Of a stretch of 41,797 nt of DNA, positions 39,450-41,797 are shown piece after piece. A model generated the notes under the pieces. That model was not told the DNA's origin, searched no databases, and saw nothing but the letters and a program-made list of their open reading frames with translations. The translations under genes and the position numbers were made by a program. Each line of letters begins with the position of its first letter. The first letter of the stretch is position 1. Where the stretch lies: positions 1 to 41,797 of the forward strand of contig JBFMGU010000073.1 in assembly GCA_040752415.1 (NCBI GenBank). The letters run 5' to 3'. The stretch is from Myxococcota bacterium. GTDB taxonomy: Bacteria > Myxococcota > JACRCW01.

Positions 39450-40637
39450 ATGTCGAGGAGCAGATCCATGATGAACGTCAGACAGGCGGTTCTTGGGGTG
39501 TTGATGACTTTCGCGATGACTGGTCCGGCACTCGCGGCGGACATCGTGACCGGCACGCCCGCCGGGCCACTGGTCATGAACAGCGACATGACGATCGACC
39601 TCCCGCCCGACGGTGTGCTGCGGTACACAACCATCACGATCAACGGCGGGACGTTGCGCTTCAGGAAGAACAGCCTCAACACGCCCGTCTACCTCCTGGC
39701 CACCGGCGACGTGTATATCGCCGGATCGATTGATGTCTCCGGCAATTCCGGGTCTGCGACGGCGGGCGGAGAAGGTGGGCCGGGCGGATACAACGGCGGT
39801 CACCCGACCTATGGCGGGCTGCCGGCTGGTGCGGGACACGGCCCTGGTGGAGGAGCGCCCGGCGACGCCTCTGGAGGCAGCACCAACATGGGCGGAGCAG
39901 CTTTCGGCACGACGCCTACGACGTCCCGACCCGCCAACGGGACTGTCTATGGAACCCCGCTCCTGGTGCCGCTCGTGGGAGGGTCCGGTGGTGGAGGATC
40001 CAATGTCATCGGTAGGTCTGGGGGCGGGGGCGGCGGCGGAGCGATTCTGATCGCGTCCAACACCAAGATCGACCATCGAGGCGCCATCCACGCGAATGGC
40101 GCGTACGGCAACGTCGATTGCTCTCTCAATTACTCCAACCACGGGAGTGGCGGGGGCGTCAGGTTGGTTGCGCCGGTAGTTACCGGCGGCGGCTATGTCT
40201 ACATCCGCGGGAGCGACTGTCAGAACGCCGGGGTGGGGAGGATCCGCATCGATACTCTTAATCGTGCGGCGCTGAACCTCAACTACCACCCTTGGCCGGC
40301 CGTGCAGCCCGTCACTTCCATCGGCAGTTTCATGATGGTTTTTCCGGAGAACCTGCCCGTACTGGACATTGTCGAGGTGGCCGGCACGGCGGTGACGCCC
40401 GGCCAGTCGGCCATCATCAACCTGCCCTTTGGTGCCCCGGCCAGCCAGCCGGTGCGTGTCCGCGCGACGAATTTCACCGCGCCGGTGAGCTACGTCGTGG
40501 TGCTGTCACCAGAGGCCGGTCCGCGCACGGTGTATGGGCCCTTCACCATTGATTCGTCCGCCGGGCCCGCGGAGCAGACGGTCACCGTCGACATCCCAGC
40601 GAACAACACCACGCGTGTCGACGTGTGGACCCAGTGA
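39450..40637 (+). CDS. Secreted glycine-rich protein with a C-terminal beta-sandwich, function unknown
   Basis: Signal peptide ends in GPALA. Gly-rich tracts GGEGGPGGYNGG, LVGGSGGGG, GGGGGGGAILIAS and GSGGGVRLVA. Candidate starts are GTG 39426 (overlaps the giant's stop), ATG 39450 (AGGAGG RBS) and ATG 39468 (GAGGAG RBS). Confidence 0.85.
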   Translation: MSRSRSMMNVRQAVLGVLMTFAMTGPALAADIVTGTPAGPLVMNSDMTIDLPPDGVLRYTTITINGGTLRFRKNSLNTPVYLLATGDVYIAGSIDVSGNSGSATAGGEGGPGGYNGGHPTYGGLPAGAGHGPGGGAPGDASGGSTNMGGAAFGTTPTTSRPANGTVYGTPLLVPLVGGSGGGGSNVIGRSGGGGGGGAILIASNTKIDHRGAIHANGAYGNVDCSLNYSNHGSGGGVRLVAPVVTGGGYVYIRGSDCQNAGVGRIRIDTLNRAALNLNYHPWPAVQPVTSIGSFMMVFPENLPVLDIVEVAGTAVTPGQSAIINLPFGAPASQPVRVRATNFTAPVSYVVVLSPEAGPRTVYGPFTIDSSAGPAEQTVTVDIPANNTTRVDVWTQ

Positions 40638-40660
40638 CCTGAGCTGCCCAGGGAGTTGTC

Positions 40661-41548
40661 ATGTTGCACGTCCTTGGAACACCGCCTCGCCCAACCTCCG
40701 CGCGCGCCCTCCGGTTCGCCGTCGTGGTGGGCGTGCTAACAACGAGTGCCTGCGGAAGCTGCACAGACGGCGACGTCGTGGCGACGGTTGGACCCAGCAA
40801 GCTCGGGCGCGAGGACCTTCGCCTGCGCATGGAGACGATGCGACGCCACGACGGTACGGAGGCAGATGCCGTGCGCCAGCTCGTGGACGCGGAGTTGCTT
40901 GCCACCGGGGCAAGGAAAGCCAGGTTGGCGGAGCGTGACGACGTGAAGGCGAGGTTGGCGTCCGCCGAGCGCGAGGTCCTGGCTCAGGCCTACCTTGACG
41001 AGAAGCTGAACGAACGAACCACCGAGGATGCCGTGCGGCGAAGGTACGCAGAGAAGCTCGACACGTTGAAGCGCCGTCGCGTGCATGTGCGGCAGATTGC
41101 CATTCACGTTCCGGCCAGCATCGATGCGACACAGGCCGCCGAGGCTGAGCGGCAAGGACGCGAGCGCGCGCGCACGCTCTACGCGCGCCTCCGCGCGGGT
41201 GAGGATTTCCCAGCGATGGCCAGGGCGGAATCCGACGACAAAGGAACGGCCGAGAAAGGCGGGGACCTGGGGCCGGTGCTGGAAGGGCAGGTTGACGCGG
41301 CATTCTTCCGCGCTGCCTGGGACCTCAAGCTGGGAGACCTCTCGGAACCGGTGCGGACACCATACGGATTCCACATCCTGCAGCCGGTCGAGAGCGCCGC
41401 CGAGGTTACGCCACGGTTCGATGAAGTGAAGGGCAGGTTGGCAGCGGATATGCGGGCCGAGGGGCGGCGGGAACTGCTGCGCGGACTCCGTGAAGACATC
41501 GATGTGGAGGTCCACGTCGCAGGCGTGGCCGAAGGAGGCTTGGAATGA
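40661..41548 (+). CDS. Parvulin/PpiC-type peptidyl-prolyl isomerase lipoprotein (PrsA/SurA-like)
   Basis: Lipobox LTTSA-C, VVATVG, LVDAELL..GARK, GEDFPAMARAESDD..TAEKGGDLG and LSEPVRTPYGFHIL. Confidence 0.9.
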   Translation: MLHVLGTPPRPTSARALRFAVVVGVLTTSACGSCTDGDVVATVGPSKLGREDLRLRMETMRRHDGTEADAVRQLVDAELLATGARKARLAERDDVKARLASAEREVLAQAYLDEKLNERTTEDAVRRRYAEKLDTLKRRRVHVRQIAIHVPASIDATQAAEAERQGRERARTLYARLRAGEDFPAMARAESDDKGTAEKGGDLGPVLEGQVDAAFFRAAWDLKLGDLSEPVRTPYGFHILQPVESAAEVTPRFDEVKGRLAADMRAEGRRELLRGLREDIDVEVHVAGVAEGGLE

Positions 41549-41797
41549 CGTCGCGAGTTGGTCACGTGACGCATGCTGCCAGGAGTGGCGGGCTGATGCG
41601 GTCGCGCACCGCACTGCTGGTCCTCGCGGTGACGTCGGCGTCGTGCCGGTGGTTCGAAGCGGATACCACACCACCGGGAACCCTCCGCCAGGCGGTGAAC
41701 GATGTCACCCTTGCCGCCGTCGCTGACACGTACGTCAAGTCCGGAGCCCCCAACAGCAACTCGGGCACCGAGACGCTGGTCAGGCTGCAGAGCTCCG
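41545..41797 (+). CDS. N-terminal fragment of a lipoprotein with a DNRLRE/CBM96-like domain (runs off the window; not in the ORF track)
   Basis: ATGA overlap with the parvulin stop and AAGGAGG RBS; alternative ATG at 41596. My translation: MTSRVGHVTHAARSGGLMRSRTALLVLAVTSASCRWFEADTTPPGTLRQAVNDVTLAAVADTYVKSGAPNSNSGTETLVRLQSS. No stop codon before the window end. Confidence 0.75.
   Translation, partial: MTSRVGHVTHAARSGGLMRSRTALLVLAVTSASCRWFEADTTPPGTLRQAVNDVTLAAVADTYVKSGAPNSNSGTETLVRLQSS

Noticed and set aside
39730..40170. Gly-rich protein as collagen-like or PE-PGRS
   Set aside because: No sustained G-X-Y periodicity and no PE domain.
8687..40289. Many long antisense or alternate-frame ORFs inside the giant gene (e.g. 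33217-35625, 22198-24261, 31243-33207, 20134-21972)
   Set aside because: Shadow ORFs expected from high-GC codon bias. The translations are Arg/His/Gly-rich or Thr/Ser-rich with no domain motifs.
1..41797. CRISPR array, tRNA, rRNA, integrase or transposase
   Set aside because: No regularly spaced DNA repeats, RNA gene signatures or recombinase motifs were recognised.

Overview
GC-rich window, most likely from a myxobacterium (Myxococcota), inferred from a tandem-PilZ gene, a GYF_2/AgmX-like gene and Cys/Asp-rich secreted modules. It has two parts. (1) 1-7181 holds small ordinary genes: single-domain globin, secreted hypothetical, DUF59/SufT-like protein, NnrS-like membrane protein, tandem PilZ protein, GNAT, divergent family I pyrophosphatase, DUF962/Mpo1-like protein and a GYF_2/TonB-C-like protein. 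(2) After a roughly 450-550 bp non-coding gap, a tightly packed + strand operon runs off the window end: parvulin lipoprotein (both active-site His apparently lost), a 10,256-aa Sec-exported Ig/IPT/LVIVD-propeller giant, a Gly-rich secreted protein, a second parvulin lipoprotein, and a truncated lipoprotein with a DNRLRE-like start that the ORF track omits. The giant contains a sevenfold super-repeat [beta-propeller + SbsA-like Ig + IPT + IPT], a Ca2+/Cys-rich C-terminal region and a short C-terminal repeat, with no recognisable secretion or anchoring signal beyond the Sec peptide. The best candidate for an undescribed system is this giant surface-protein locus bracketed by two putative foldases. 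All domain calls are by-eye motif recognition, and domain coordinates are approximate.
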